A stretch of 64,000 nucleotides of DNA, from the NCBI GenBank assembly GCA_038897035.1, contig JAWAXF010000001.1, positions 27,895 to 91,894 on the forward strand, written 5' to 3'. The stretch is from Candidatus Bathyarchaeia archaeon (GTDB taxonomy: Archaea > Thermoproteota > Bathyarchaeia > Bathyarchaeales > DTEX01). Below, piece after piece: positions 30,347 through 40,201 of the stretch (position 1 is its first letter; each line of letters begins with the position of its first letter). Made by a program: the position numbers and the translations under genes. Under the pieces are notes generated by a model. The model searched no databases. It saw nothing but the letters and a program-made list of their open reading frames with translations, and was not told where the DNA came from.

Positions 30347-31072
30347 TCAGCCGCGCCTAATCCTGTGCCCATATCTGCCTAGAAGCGGCACGAACGCTAC
30401 CCCACCAAGGTTCTCCTCAATAATCCTGCAATTCTCCAATTTCCTGACGCGTATCAGCGTCTGATAAAACCCCACCTCGCCTACCGGTATAACCATGATT
30501 CCACCCGGTCTAAGTTGCTCCTTTAATGGGGCTGGTATGTTTGGGGCCGCGGCCGTTACAAGTATCCTATCGTATGGCGCCTCATTCGGATAGCCAAGAG
30601 ATCCATCACCACATATGACAGTAATTCTATCACCATAACCAGCCTCCTCAATATTTTTCCTGGCAAACTCGGCCAGTTCCGGTATGATCTCTACGGTATA
30701 CACGTGACCCCACTTCCCCCTCGGGGCGTCGCTCGGAGCAACTATCTCAGCTACCGTTGAGGCATGCCAGCCGGATCCGGAGCCGACCTCAAGAACCCTG
30801 TGCCCCACATCTAACTCAAGGGCCTCATTCATTATGGATACCATGTCTCGCCGGGCTAATCGCAAGAATTAGCCCTGTGGCGCGGAAACAGTCTGCCCAT
30901 AACCTATCGGAAGCGGAGTATCAACCGCAGCATATAGCTTCTGATCCTCCGGTAGGAAAAGACTCCTGGGCACAAGTCTCATAGCCCTAATAACCCTAGG
31001 AGACCTAAGTATACCGGACGCAATTAAGTTCTCGATGAGTTTTTCCCACTCACCCCCAGACAAGAGCGACAC
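30347..31072 (-). CDS. pcm: Protein-L-isoaspartate O-methyltransferase; two exons (31072-30877 and 30846-30347), 231 aa after splicing
   Basis: [21 protein letters not shown]|[41 protein letters not shown]. Confidence 0.92.
30847..30876 (-). other. 30-nt archaeal BHB-type mRNA intron
   Basis: CGCC-AC^A-GGGCTAAT-TCTTGCG-ATTAGCCC-GGCG-AG^A-C: two 3-nt bulges around a 4-bp helix; contains in-frame TAA; excision gives CCA CAC ATG (P-H-M). Confidence 0.88.
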
Positions 31073-31231
31073 CTAAAACATACAAATAAGCACATAAACT
31101 TAAGCATTAACGCCAGCCCCTTAAGAAGACATATATAGAACTAATAGAGATGCCGAGATATGCCTAAAAGGAAAGACTAAAATATTTTATGGTTCTAGTA
31201 ATCTGACTTGGGATGCTATTGGAGGAGTTTT

Positions 31232-32924
31232 ATGAGAGGCGGCGACATCATCGTAAAGACTCTTATGGAGATCGGCTCCGGGCTTATTTTTGGGCTGCCG
31301 GGAGTGCATTGTCTTGATGTTTACCGGGCCCTCTGTTCAGAAAAAAAGTATTAAGCACATCCTCATGAAACATGAAGCCAACGCTGGGGTGGCTGCCGAC
31401 GTCTATGGCAGGTTAACTGGCGAGCCCGGCATTGTTTTAACTATTGCTGGTCCCGGCGCAAAAACTGTGTTACTGCCGTAGCACAGTCCTACACAGCAGC
31501 CTCACCGCTTATCCACATAAGCGGTGATGTACCCCTTCATCCATATAAGGAGCCACTTCATGGAGTAGATTTAGACGATTTTTTAGCTCGCATCTTTACG
31601 CCAATAACAAAATGGTCTGTTAGGGTGAAATGTGTTGACGATATCGCGCCAACATTAGTAAAAGCATATGAAGTTTCAAGGGAGGGACGTAGGGGCCCGG
31701 TTCATGTAAGCATACCAATAGACGTCATGAATTCTGAGAGCGAATCTCCTATAGGGGGCATATTGAAACCTAGTAGATCATATAAGATTGGCGAAATTGA
31801 CGATGAAACTATCAATAGGCTATTAACCGCTAAAAGGCCTATTATATATGCTGGAAAAAACGTCTCGAGATACCTATGTGAGGAGAAACTTTTAGAATTA
31901 TGTGAGGTTTTGCACGCCCCCTAATAGTACATGGTAGGAGAGATGGGAATGACGTTGTTGTTCCTTATGACCACCCATTGTATGCTGGTTTTGTAGGCGG
32001 CTTCTCCCATCCCGCGGCCTTTCACGCGTTAAAGGCGTCTGACCTAATATTAAGTGTGGGCATAAGGCTTGGGTGCGGGGAAGCCTTTAGGCTGCATACA
32101 TATTGATGTAGAGGGGAGAGCTGCCCCAGCCGCAGTCAACAAGATTATTGTTGGGGATATAAAAGAGACCATTTCAGCTTTGGTCGATAGATTGAAAATC
32201 TTTTCCTTCCAGAGAACCTGATATCATCTTCTTAAAGGAGATAATGGAGATAAAACGGCAAGTCGCTGAAGAAATAGAGCGGGAAATTGAGACGCACAAA
32301 AATAGTAGTCCCCTACATCCTGGCGTTGTAGCCGAGATTTTAAATTCAACCTTAGGTGAGGACTCCATTTTAGTACTTGATTGTGGGTTAAGTACTTTTT
32401 GGGTAAGGGACGTATATAAGAGCCCATGCGTCCGCGGCGTATTGAGCCCAGGCGGATATGAATCTATGGGGTTTGCATTACCCGCATCGATCGCTACCAA
32501 AATTGTATATCCCGAGAAGAAGGTTTTTGCAGTGATTGGTGATGGGGGCCTTTTAATGTCATATTCAGATCTCCCAACCCTAGTCGAAAACAACATTAAT
32601 GTCGCCATAGTGGTCTTTAACGATAGTAAATATGGTCAGATATGGCAGCTTCAGAAAAAGTTATTTGGAGATCGATTTATAGCCGTAGATCTCCAAAAAA
32701 TAGATTTTGCCAGAATCTTTGAGGCTATTGGGGGTAAAAGTATAAGCGCGGAAACAGTTGATGAAGTAAAAGCGGCTTTTAATGAGGCTATGGGCTCCGA
32801 TAGACCAGTGTTAATAGATGTAAAGACTGATTTCCGCTATAACGCCCCAGGCTCAGACTTACTCATACAAAACCAAGATTTAGAGATTGGACACATTACC
32901 GATGAGGGTTCCCCGAGACCTTAA
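31232..32924 (+). pseudogene. Acetolactate synthase-like TPP-dependent enzyme, multiply frameshifted
   Basis: MRGGDIIVKTL..FGLPG, HEANAG..ADVYGRLTG, GPG, GPVHVSIPID, SMGFALPA, GDGG...VFND; frame breaks near 31345, 31460, 31920 and 32100. Confidence 0.82.
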
Positions 32925-33193
32925 GACAGAGCCTATGACCCTAGCTTTGGGGGAGGCCATAAAGTGCTGGGGAATTTTCCCCGAGGGAAGCGGTCTCACG
33001 CATAAGCCCGGCATGGCTGGTTTAACCCTCAAGCGGGAAATCTACTAGTTATTAAAGGCTAAGGCTCTGCAAGCCAGTATGAGAATAAACGCATACCTTA
33101 AGCACATCCTGCTGGGACAGTCCAACCCCGCAAATCTCTGCTTTCCAAGGAGAGCCCGTTTTAAGCTCCGTTTTAGGAAAGCAGAATTTTTCT

Positions 33194-33269
33194 TGGAGCC
33201 CCGGGCGGGATTTGAACCCGCGACCCGCGGCTTACAAGGCCGCTGCTATAACCACTAAGCTACCGGGGC
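33194..33269 (-). tRNA. tRNA-Thr(TGT), intronless, CCA encoded
   Basis: GCCCCGG acceptor stem, GCGGC-CT-TGT-AA-GCCGC anticodon arm, GGTTCAAATCC T-arm, ends TCCA. Confidence 0.95.
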
Positions 33270-33391
33270 TATATTCATCATTTTTTGCTCTCTAAACTTT
33301 ACTTAACCTTTACGCTTGTTCGCATAATTTTTTGAATCCAAAAAAGTAGATATTTACGCGTTAGTTAAATGGTTTTAGGTGTGAGGGCACT

Positions 33392-34174
33392 TTGATTAAT
33401 GGGATTAAGGAAGGTGACTATGTTCTATTGTACTTGGACGATAAGAGAACTTATTTAGTTAGGGCTGAGAGGGGCAAGGTTTTTCACACGCATAAGGGTT
33501 TCGTCAGGGTTGATGATTTCATTGGTCGGGAGTTTGGTGTAAGAGTTAAGAGCAGTATGGGCGTAGAGTTTATTGCATTTAAGCCCTACATAAGAGACTA
33601 TATATATAAGAGCTCGAGGGGGACGCAGATAATATATCCTAAGGATATTGCACTAATAATATTAAATGGCAATATACAGCCCGGAGGCAGAATCGTGGAA
33701 GCTGGAACTGGTGTCGGGGCGCTTACAACAGCATTGGCTAGCTATGTCAGACCAGATGGGAAGGTATATAGCTATGAGGTTAGAGAGGGGTTCCTTGAGA
33801 TCGCGCGTAAGAATCTTGAGAGGGCTGGTGTGCTTGAATATGTTGAGCTAAAAATCAAGGATATAACTCAGGGAATTGATGAAAGAAATGTAGATGCTGT
33901 CATCCTTGACATGGCGGCACCTTGGCTTGTGGTGCCGCATGCCTATGAGGCGCTTAAGGGTAGTGGTTCGTTTGTGTCATTCAGCCCAACAATCGATCAG
34001 GTTGTTAAGACTGTTGAGGAGCTGAGGGCTTATGGCTTTGCGTATATAGAGACCATAGAGTGTCTTATTAGAAGAATGCGTGTTAAAAAGGGTAAGACGC
34101 GGCCAGAGACGTTGATGACTGGACATACAGGTTACATAACCTTTGCAAGAAAAGCCCTTAAAAGCTCGCCCTAA
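33392..34174 (+). CDS. trmI: tRNA (adenine-57/58-N1)-methyltransferase
   Basis: FHTHKG, TQIIYPKD, EAGTGVGALT, ILDMAAPW, FSPTIDQV, GHTGY. Confidence 0.93.
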   Translation: MINGIKEGDYVLLYLDDKRTYLVRAERGKVFHTHKGFVRVDDFIGREFGVRVKSSMGVEFIAFKPYIRDYIYKSSRGTQIIYPKDIALIILNGNIQPGGRIVEAGTGVGALTTALASYVRPDGKVYSYEVREGFLEIARKNLERAGVLEYVELKIKDITQGIDERNVDAVILDMAAPWLVVPHAYEALKGSGSFVSFSPTIDQVVKTVEELRAYGFAYIETIECLIRRMRVKKGKTRPETLMTGHTGYITFARKALKSSP

Positions 34175-34195
34175 TTCAGGATTGAGGGGCGAGGA

Positions 34196-35089
34196 ATGAC
34201 TGCCCTTAAGGAAATTTACCGTTCTAGATTTATCAGAGTAATTCTACAAGTTATCTTTTCTTTCGTGCTAGCCTTTAGTCTTTTAATGCTCATACGCACA
34301 CTCCTAGGTGTGGAAAACCCCTTCTTTGTGGTCTCCTCTGGAAGCATGTATCCAACCCTTAATATTGGGGACTTTATAGTTATTCAGAGAGCCACACCAG
34401 CCCAATTAAAAATTGGAGATATTGTGGTGTTTATGGATCCGCATGCCCGTCTTAAAGCGCCAATAGTTCATAGGATTGTAAATATATTTGTTGATGAGAG
34501 CGGCAATTATAAGATTGCCACCGTTGGAGATGCCGTTAGCGTTGGATTAGATCAGTTCTCCCCGTGGGATGCATCTCTACTCATCGGTAGAGTAATTATG
34601 AGAATCCCTTATATCGGCAACCTGTATTTACCATTACTCTTAAAAGAGAGCATTGCCAGAAAAGAAATTATCATCATTATTTCCATAATAATTATTCTTA
34701 TAGCTCTAATGCTCTTATCTGGTGACGAAGAAAAAAAGGATGCTCAAAAGAAGGTATTATGGAGCGGTGCACGCATTATATATATCCTTGTAATAAATTT
34801 GTTGCTCTTATATCTTTTATTCTTTAGTTTATGGGGGTGGGGGATATATAGTTTGGGTATGCTTGAAGAGTATCGGTTAAACGCCGAGAAATATGGAAGC
34901 AAAAATGTTTTTTTAACAATAGGCTTTATGACCTATAGAATTGATTGCCTAGTGTATGGCAGTATACGTCAAGGCGCATTAACCTTCTCTTGGTCCCAAT
35001 TTCTACTTTTAATCATAATATTGTTTAATGTGACGGAAATATTGATTCCATACATCCGCTTTCGTCTAAATAGACGAGTATCTTCATAA
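34196..35089 (+). CDS. Archaeal signal peptidase I (Sec11-like) with extended multi-TM C-terminus
   Basis: VSSGSMYPTLNIGD, GDIVVF, PIVHR, RIPYIG. Confidence 0.85.
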   Translation: MTALKEIYRSRFIRVILQVIFSFVLAFSLLMLIRTLLGVENPFFVVSSGSMYPTLNIGDFIVIQRATPAQLKIGDIVVFMDPHARLKAPIVHRIVNIFVDESGNYKIATVGDAVSVGLDQFSPWDASLLIGRVIMRIPYIGNLYLPLLLKESIARKEIIIIISIIIILIALMLLSGDEEKKDAQKKVLWSGARIIYILVINLLLLYLLFFSLWGWGIYSLGMLEEYRLNAEKYGSKNVFLTIGFMTYRIDCLVYGSIRQGALTFSWSQFLLLIIILFNVTEILIPYIRFRLNRRVSS

Positions 35090-35147
35090 AAATGGAAATA
35101 AATATAAATGACTCTTTATAAAGCATATATTTTGGGGAAAAATTTAT

Positions 35148-35720
35148 ATGTCACAAGCACAGCAGCCTCAAGTTAGGGTTAAAATAGAGAATGTTGTGGC
35201 CTCTGCAGTATTGAATCAGAAGATAGATTTAAATGCTGTTGTTAAGGGTTATCCAGGTGTAGAGTATCGCCCAGAGCAGTTCCCCGGACTCGTTTTTAGG
35301 CTAAAGAGACCGAAAACTGCAACGCTAATATTCGGTTCTGGCAAAATGGTTTGCACTGGCGCAAAATCCGAGAGGGAAGCTCGTAGGGCAGTCATGAGGG
35401 TAATAAAGGAGCTCAAAAGAAGCGGTATAGTAATAGTAAGTAAGCCTGAACTAAAAATACAGAACATCGTAGCTTCAGCAAATCTCGGCGGAACCATCGA
35501 TTTAGAGAGAGCGGCATACACCCTCGGTAGGACGATGTACGAGCCAGAGCAATTCCCGGGCCTGATTTATCGAATGGAAGATCCAAAGGTCGTCATACTC
35601 TTATTTGCCAGTGGGAAGCTGGTTTGCACTGGTGCAAAGAAAGAAGAAGACGTATACAGGGCTGTCGATAATCTCCTGAAGAAGCTTGAGAGGGAGAAGC
35701 TAATATATTACGGGCAATAA
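35148..35720 (+). CDS. tbp: TATA-box-binding protein
   Basis: Two repeats of ENVVAS / Y.PEQFPGL / LIF.SGK.VCTGAK. Confidence 0.97.
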   Translation: MSQAQQPQVRVKIENVVASAVLNQKIDLNAVVKGYPGVEYRPEQFPGLVFRLKRPKTATLIFGSGKMVCTGAKSEREARRAVMRVIKELKRSGIVIVSKPELKIQNIVASANLGGTIDLERAAYTLGRTMYEPEQFPGLIYRMEDPKVVILLFASGKLVCTGAKKEEDVYRAVDNLLKKLEREKLIYYGQ

Positions 35721-35745
35721 AATATACTTACGTCACGTTAAATCT

Positions 35746-36375
35746 CTAGTAAACTAATGGTAGAGGCTCCCTTAGCCTAAATTTAGTATTTATCCTTTCC
35801 GCAAAATTCCGAATCTTGGAGATATCTATCTCAGGTAGGTTCAATGCAGTTATCTCAACATCTATATTAGCGTTCTTTAAGGCTTGAATGAAATTTATTA
35901 TGCTTTTATAAGCCTCTTTAAATTCAGGTCTACAAACTCTGTTGTATGTTTCTTCGTCATGTCCGTTTAAGCTAACGCTAACAACATCAACACCAGCGCT
36001 CTTCAGCTCAGCCACGACGTCTCTACCCGGGTTAAGCAGGGGCGCCTGCCCATTAGTGTTTAGCCTAACTTTAAGGAAAGGATGGTACTTCTTAATCCAT
36101 TTAGTGACTTTTAAGAGGCAATCGAGCCTAGACGTCGGTTCCCCGAAACCGCAGAAAACTATCTCATTCCATCTTCTTCTTGAAATATGCTCTTTTAATT
36201 CTTCAATGATTTCTTCAGCAGTTGGTTCGCGGCTGAGCTTTAGTCTGAAGCCCGATATCCCATCCCAGAAGTGTCTGAAGCAAAAGTAACATTTATTGGA
36301 ACATTGGTTAGTTATATTTAGGTATAAGGAGTCTCCAAGCCAGTAGACTATATCCTCTCTTTTCTTTCTATACAT
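35746..36375 (-). CDS. TatD-associated-type radical SAM protein
   Basis: LYLNITNQCSNKCYFC, EIVFCGFGEPT, RLNTNG, SVSLN. Confidence 0.87.
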   Translation of the reverse strand: MYRKKREDIVYWLGDSLYLNITNQCSNKCYFCFRHFWDGISGFRLKLSREPTAEEIIEELKEHISRRRWNEIVFCGFGEPTSRLDCLLKVTKWIKKYHPFLKVRLNTNGQAPLLNPGRDVVAELKSAGVDVVSVSLNGHDEETYNRVCRPEFKEAYKSIINFIQALKNANIDVEITALNLPEIDISKIRNFAERINTKFRLREPLPLVY

Positions 36376-36389
36376 ACAATATTGTTTAC

Positions 36390-36953
36390 TTATTTTCTCC
36401 CATAAAACCTCTTTGATGACACGCTGAGGATTACGAGTCCGCTCATTATTTGGCAGCCAGAGCAGGCAACGAAGAGCGATTCGAAACCAAAATTGCTGAC
36501 CATTATCGCGGCGATTAGTGCTGCTAGCGAACCAGCTATCTCGTAGGCAGACTCAGATATGCCAAACAATAGGCCTTTTCTCTTTCTTCCGCCCATCTCA
36601 GCAATCATTGCCAACCTTGCTGGATCTTCGAGGGCGCATGAAATTCCGGAGATAAACTCAAGTAAATATAGTTGGATTACATTTGAGACGAAGATGTAAG
36701 TTAATGAGCATGCCGCGCCGAATAGAGTGCCAATTAAGAAGATTTTTTCTTTGCCATAAATATCCACCATTCTACCAGCTATTATCCTGAAGAATGCTGA
36801 TGAAAAACCAAAAACTGTTAGAATAAAACCAATATCAATTACCGTGACAGAAAAACGGTTGAGAACAAATAGTGGATAAATTGGGCCAAGCAGACCCATC
36901 GCTAGCGAACTTAGAAAGCTTAACGTGACTATTAGAGCTAATCGCCTCCGCAT
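36390..36953 (-). CDS. Half-size (6-TM) MFS-fold transporter
   Basis: Motif A-like GRMVDIYGKE, six hydrophobic segments, RKGLLFG; ATG 36953 after AGGGGTG SD. Confidence 0.75.
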   Translation of the reverse strand: MRRRLALIVTLSFLSSLAMGLLGPIYPLFVLNRFSVTVIDIGFILTVFGFSSAFFRIIAGRMVDIYGKEKIFLIGTLFGAACSLTYIFVSNVIQLYLLEFISGISCALEDPARLAMIAEMGGRKRKGLLFGISESAYEIAGSLAALIAAIMVSNFGFESLFVACSGCQIMSGLVILSVSSKRFYGRK

Positions 36954-37189
36954 AGACGCCACCCCTAGGTAGGGTGAGGGTGAATGCGCTGCTCAGCCTC
37001 ATTCTCCCCTCAAGCCCAACCTCCATTCCCTGATCTGCTTGCCCCCTGATTTCTCCATTATTATATAAGCTTCTCGGGCAATTAAAACCTTATTAATCAC
37101 GTTACTCTAAACATAATAATTTTCTTCTTAAGAAGCTTTAATTGTCTCTTGGGATGGGAAAAAAGGTTTAATTGTCACTCAAGTCACTT

Positions 37190-38218
37190 TTAGTGAAATG
37201 TCAATTTTGCTGTTGATTGCTTTCTTCCCTTAAAGTGTTCCCATCCTCTCCTCTCTATAGGTATCCTTTTTCCATTGACGTGTGCTTCAACTTTCTTTTC
37301 GCTTATGGTTCTCCCCACTTCCATTAATTGTACTCCAGCGCTATTAAGGGCCCTTTTCACTTCATCCCACTTTTCTGGTCTGATTGTTACAACCAGTTCA
37401 TACTCTTCCCCGCCATATAGGCATAAATCGAGTGGGTCAAGGCCATATATTTTAGCGAAATCCTCCGTTTCAGGGGCTACTGGAATATTATTTATTATGA
37501 AGCCTACACCACTAGCCTCTGAGAGTTCATGGAGACTCCATGCCAAGCCATCACTCGAATCTATTGACGCCGTTGGCGCCCCCAGATCCGCTAGTAATAG
37601 GCCTTCTTTAAGTCTAGCTCTTGGCATTAAAACAGACTCCACCAGAGGTCTTCTAATATGCTCTGGTGTGCTCAGCCCCTCAAGCAGAATCTTAAGCCCA
37701 GCTGCGGTCTTTCCGAAGAGCCCCGTTACGGCAACTATATCTCCTGGCCTCGCTCCGCTCCGTCTAATGATCCTTTCCCTGCCACAGTAACCAACGAGCA
37801 TACAGCATATTGTTAAGTCGGTGGACTCATTTGTGTCTCCGCCTATAATGTAGACCCCGTATTCTCTGGTGCCCTCATTCAAACCGAACGCTATCTCCAT
37901 CACATCTTCCTCCGTCAGGTCTGCCGGCAGGCCTATGGATATAAGCGCGGCTATTGGCCTGACACCCTTAGCTGCGAAGTCGCTCACGCTCATAACAATT
38001 GCCTTTCTCGCAGCCTGCCTTAGGCTCATGCCCGGGGGAACATCAGTCTTGCCAACAAGCATGTCTGTTTTTAAGACGACTAGATCTTCCCCGCCAGCTG
38101 GAATTGCCGTAACGTCATCTCCAAAGGGTATTGGTATATCTGGCATGGAGTTGAAGGTCTTAGTGAGTAAATTTATAACCCATCTTTCACCTAGATCCTT
38201 AATTCTTATTCTCCCCAT
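37190..38218 (-). CDS. thiL: Thiamine-monophosphate kinase
   Basis: GDD, KTDMLV, SDFAAKG, GGDTN, RSGARPGD, DSSDGL, GGEEYEL. Confidence 0.94.
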   Translation of the reverse strand: MGRIRIKDLGERWVINLLTKTFNSMPDIPIPFGDDVTAIPAGGEDLVVLKTDMLVGKTDVPPGMSLRQAARKAIVMSVSDFAAKGVRPIAALISIGLPADLTEEDVMEIAFGLNEGTREYGVYIIGGDTNESTDLTICCMLVGYCGRERIIRRSGARPGDIVAVTGLFGKTAAGLKILLEGLSTPEHIRRPLVESVLMPRARLKEGLLLADLGAPTASIDSSDGLAWSLHELSEASGVGFIINNIPVAPETEDFAKIYGLDPLDLCLYGGEEYELVVTIRPEKWDEVKRALNSAGVQLMEVGRTISEKKVEAHVNGKRIPIERRGWEHFKGRKQSTAKLTFH

Positions 38219-38294
38219 ATCATCTCAACCTAAAAGCAACCAGCTAAGACTATTTCTTTAGGAGTTAAATGAATTTATTTCTGGGCGATGCTGG

Positions 38295-39101
38295 ATGCGA
38301 CGCAAGATAATCACATTAACCACAGATTTTGGTTTAAGGGATTCTTATGTTGCTGAGATGAAGGCCGTTATACTCTCAATATGTACAGAGGCATGTATAG
38401 TAGACATAAGCCATGAGGTTAGAAAGTTCGATATTAGAATGGGTGCCTTCCTCTTATTTCGGGCAGCGAGGTTCTTCCCTAGAGGATCTATACATGTGGC
38501 TGTAATAGATCCAGAGGTCGGCACTGGAAGGCGCCCAATAATAATTGAGACCAAAAACTTCCTTTACGTTGGCCCCGATAATGGCATCTTGATCCCCTCG
38601 GCTCAGAGGGATGGAATTAAGCATATTTACGTCATAAAAAACCAGAAGTATATGTTTAGAGAAGTTTCAAGAACGTTTCACGGGAGGGATATTTTCAGCC
38701 CCGTTGCAGCCTATCTGGCTATTGGGGTTCCCCCATCCGAGATGGGGCCGGAGATCTTTGATCCAGTTGTCCCAAGCTTCGCCAAGCCCAGCATCTCAAA
38801 CGGCTCCATTGAGGGAGAAATAATTCACGTAGACGACTTTGGAAACCTCATCACCAACATAGAATATAATGATCTAAAGTCCGCAGGAATCGAGGAGGGT
38901 GATTATTTAACCGTTAAAATTGGGAGAGAGAAGCTGGCACTTAAGCTATGTAGGGCCTATAGTGAAGTGGAAGTTAATGCTCCGCTGGCGATAATTGGCA
39001 GTTGCGGTCTCCTAGAAATCTCAGTTAACCAAGGTAATGCTTCCACCTTTTTTGGCGCCAATGTTGGCGAAAAAGCATTTATTTATAAAAAAGTTCTCTA
39101 G
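38295..39101 (+). CDS. SAM hydroxide adenosyltransferase (DUF62, chlorinase/fluorinase family)
   Basis: LTTDFG, VIDPEVGT, GPDNG, SRTFHGRDIF, DDFGNLITN, LEISVNQG. Confidence 0.92.
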   Translation: MRRKIITLTTDFGLRDSYVAEMKAVILSICTEACIVDISHEVRKFDIRMGAFLLFRAARFFPRGSIHVAVIDPEVGTGRRPIIIETKNFLYVGPDNGILIPSAQRDGIKHIYVIKNQKYMFREVSRTFHGRDIFSPVAAYLAIGVPPSEMGPEIFDPVVPSFAKPSISNGSIEGEIIHVDDFGNLITNIEYNDLKSAGIEEGDYLTVKIGREKLALKLCRAYSEVEVNAPLAIIGSCGLLEISVNQGNASTFFGANVGEKAFIYKKVL

Positions 39102-40034
39102 TCACCCTCTTCTTACTATACGTGCTCCGCCCCCAGGTTTGGCGCATAGCGGCCTGCTCCTTATGCCCACCTCCCCAAACGCATCCTTCATCGCCAATGC
39201 GACTTCCTTAGTGCTTGTTTTCTCAGAATTTACCAAGGCTATTATTGATGGGCCAGCCCCGCTTATAGAGACCCCAGCAGCCCCAGCCTTTAAGGCAGCC
39301 TCCTTAACGCGATTTAATCCCGGTATTAGATGCGCCCTTGCGGGCTCAATAACAGCGTCCATCATCCCCTTACCCATAACTTCGACGCTATTTAGTGCTA
39401 TTCCGGCGACGAAGGTTGCAGCCCGACCGATATTATGGACCATGCTTGAGAGACTAACCTGCCTTGGTAGGACGGATCTCGCCAGCCTAGTGTCAACTTT
39501 TATCTCTGGCATCACTACCGCGAACTCGGCATTCGATGGAAGCTTTAGCCTTAAGACCTCAAGGGGCTCCCTAGCGACTATCAACGTGAGGTCCCCTAGA
39601 ATCGCGGCTGAGACGTTATCTGCATGTGGTGATCCGGCCGAGGCGATCTCGCCCATTGCCGCCGCCTCTATCAACTGAGTTAGCGTTAAATTAAGGCTTA
39701 AAAGATCATTTATGGCTACCGCTGTCGCGGCGGCGCTTGCGGCGCTACTGCCCAATCCGCTTCCGGGCCTTATACCCTTGTAAACTCTTATCATTAGGCC
39801 GCACCTCTCTCCAGCCTTTTTTAGCATCTCCATGGCAACTACTCCAGCGGTGTTCTTATCAGGTTCGGTCGGTATCTCCCCTGAGCCCTCCCCATAAACC
39901 TCTATCTTAATGGCCTTATCCTCACTTCTCTTGACGATAACCCTATCGAACAGTACATCTAAGGCAACGCCGAACACATCGAATCCGGCGCCCAGGTTCG
40001 CGGATGTTGCCGGCGCAACCACCTCAACAGCCAT
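39102..40034 (-). CDS. thrB: Homoserine kinase
   Basis: PATSANLGAGFD, PGSGLGSSAAS, HADN, SGAGPS. Confidence 0.94.
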   Translation of the reverse strand: MAVEVVAPATSANLGAGFDVFGVALDVLFDRVIVKRSEDKAIKIEVYGEGSGEIPTEPDKNTAGVVAMEMLKKAGERCGLMIRVYKGIRPGSGLGSSAASAAATAVAINDLLSLNLTLTQLIEAAAMGEIASAGSPHADNVSAAILGDLTLIVAREPLEVLRLKLPSNAEFAVVMPEIKVDTRLARSVLPRQVSLSSMVHNIGRAATFVAGIALNSVEVMGKGMMDAVIEPARAHLIPGLNRVKEAALKAGAAGVSISGAGPSIIALVNSEKTSTKEVALAMKDAFGEVGIRSRPLCAKPGGGARIVRRG

Positions 40035-40201
40035 TAAATCCAACACCATCACCAAAACGTAATCCCTTCATAAAACTAGTTAAGGCTATCCTCTTAATAT
40101 AAAAAACCTGCGCGGACCCTGAAACAGCAACTTTTATTTCCAACAATCTAATAGTTTATATTTAGGCCATTTACCTCTTAATTATCTAAGTATGGTGTAT
40201 T

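Noticed and set aside
30347-31072. pcm as a pseudogene, sequencing error or stop-codon readthrough
   Set aside because: The disruption is a discrete 30-nt structured insert whose BHB-rule excision rebuilds the missing His codon; readthrough would leave extra residues in a conserved motif.
31080-33194. Intact integrated element at tRNA-Thr
   Set aside because: No integrase and no duplicated tRNA 3' end (att site) found.
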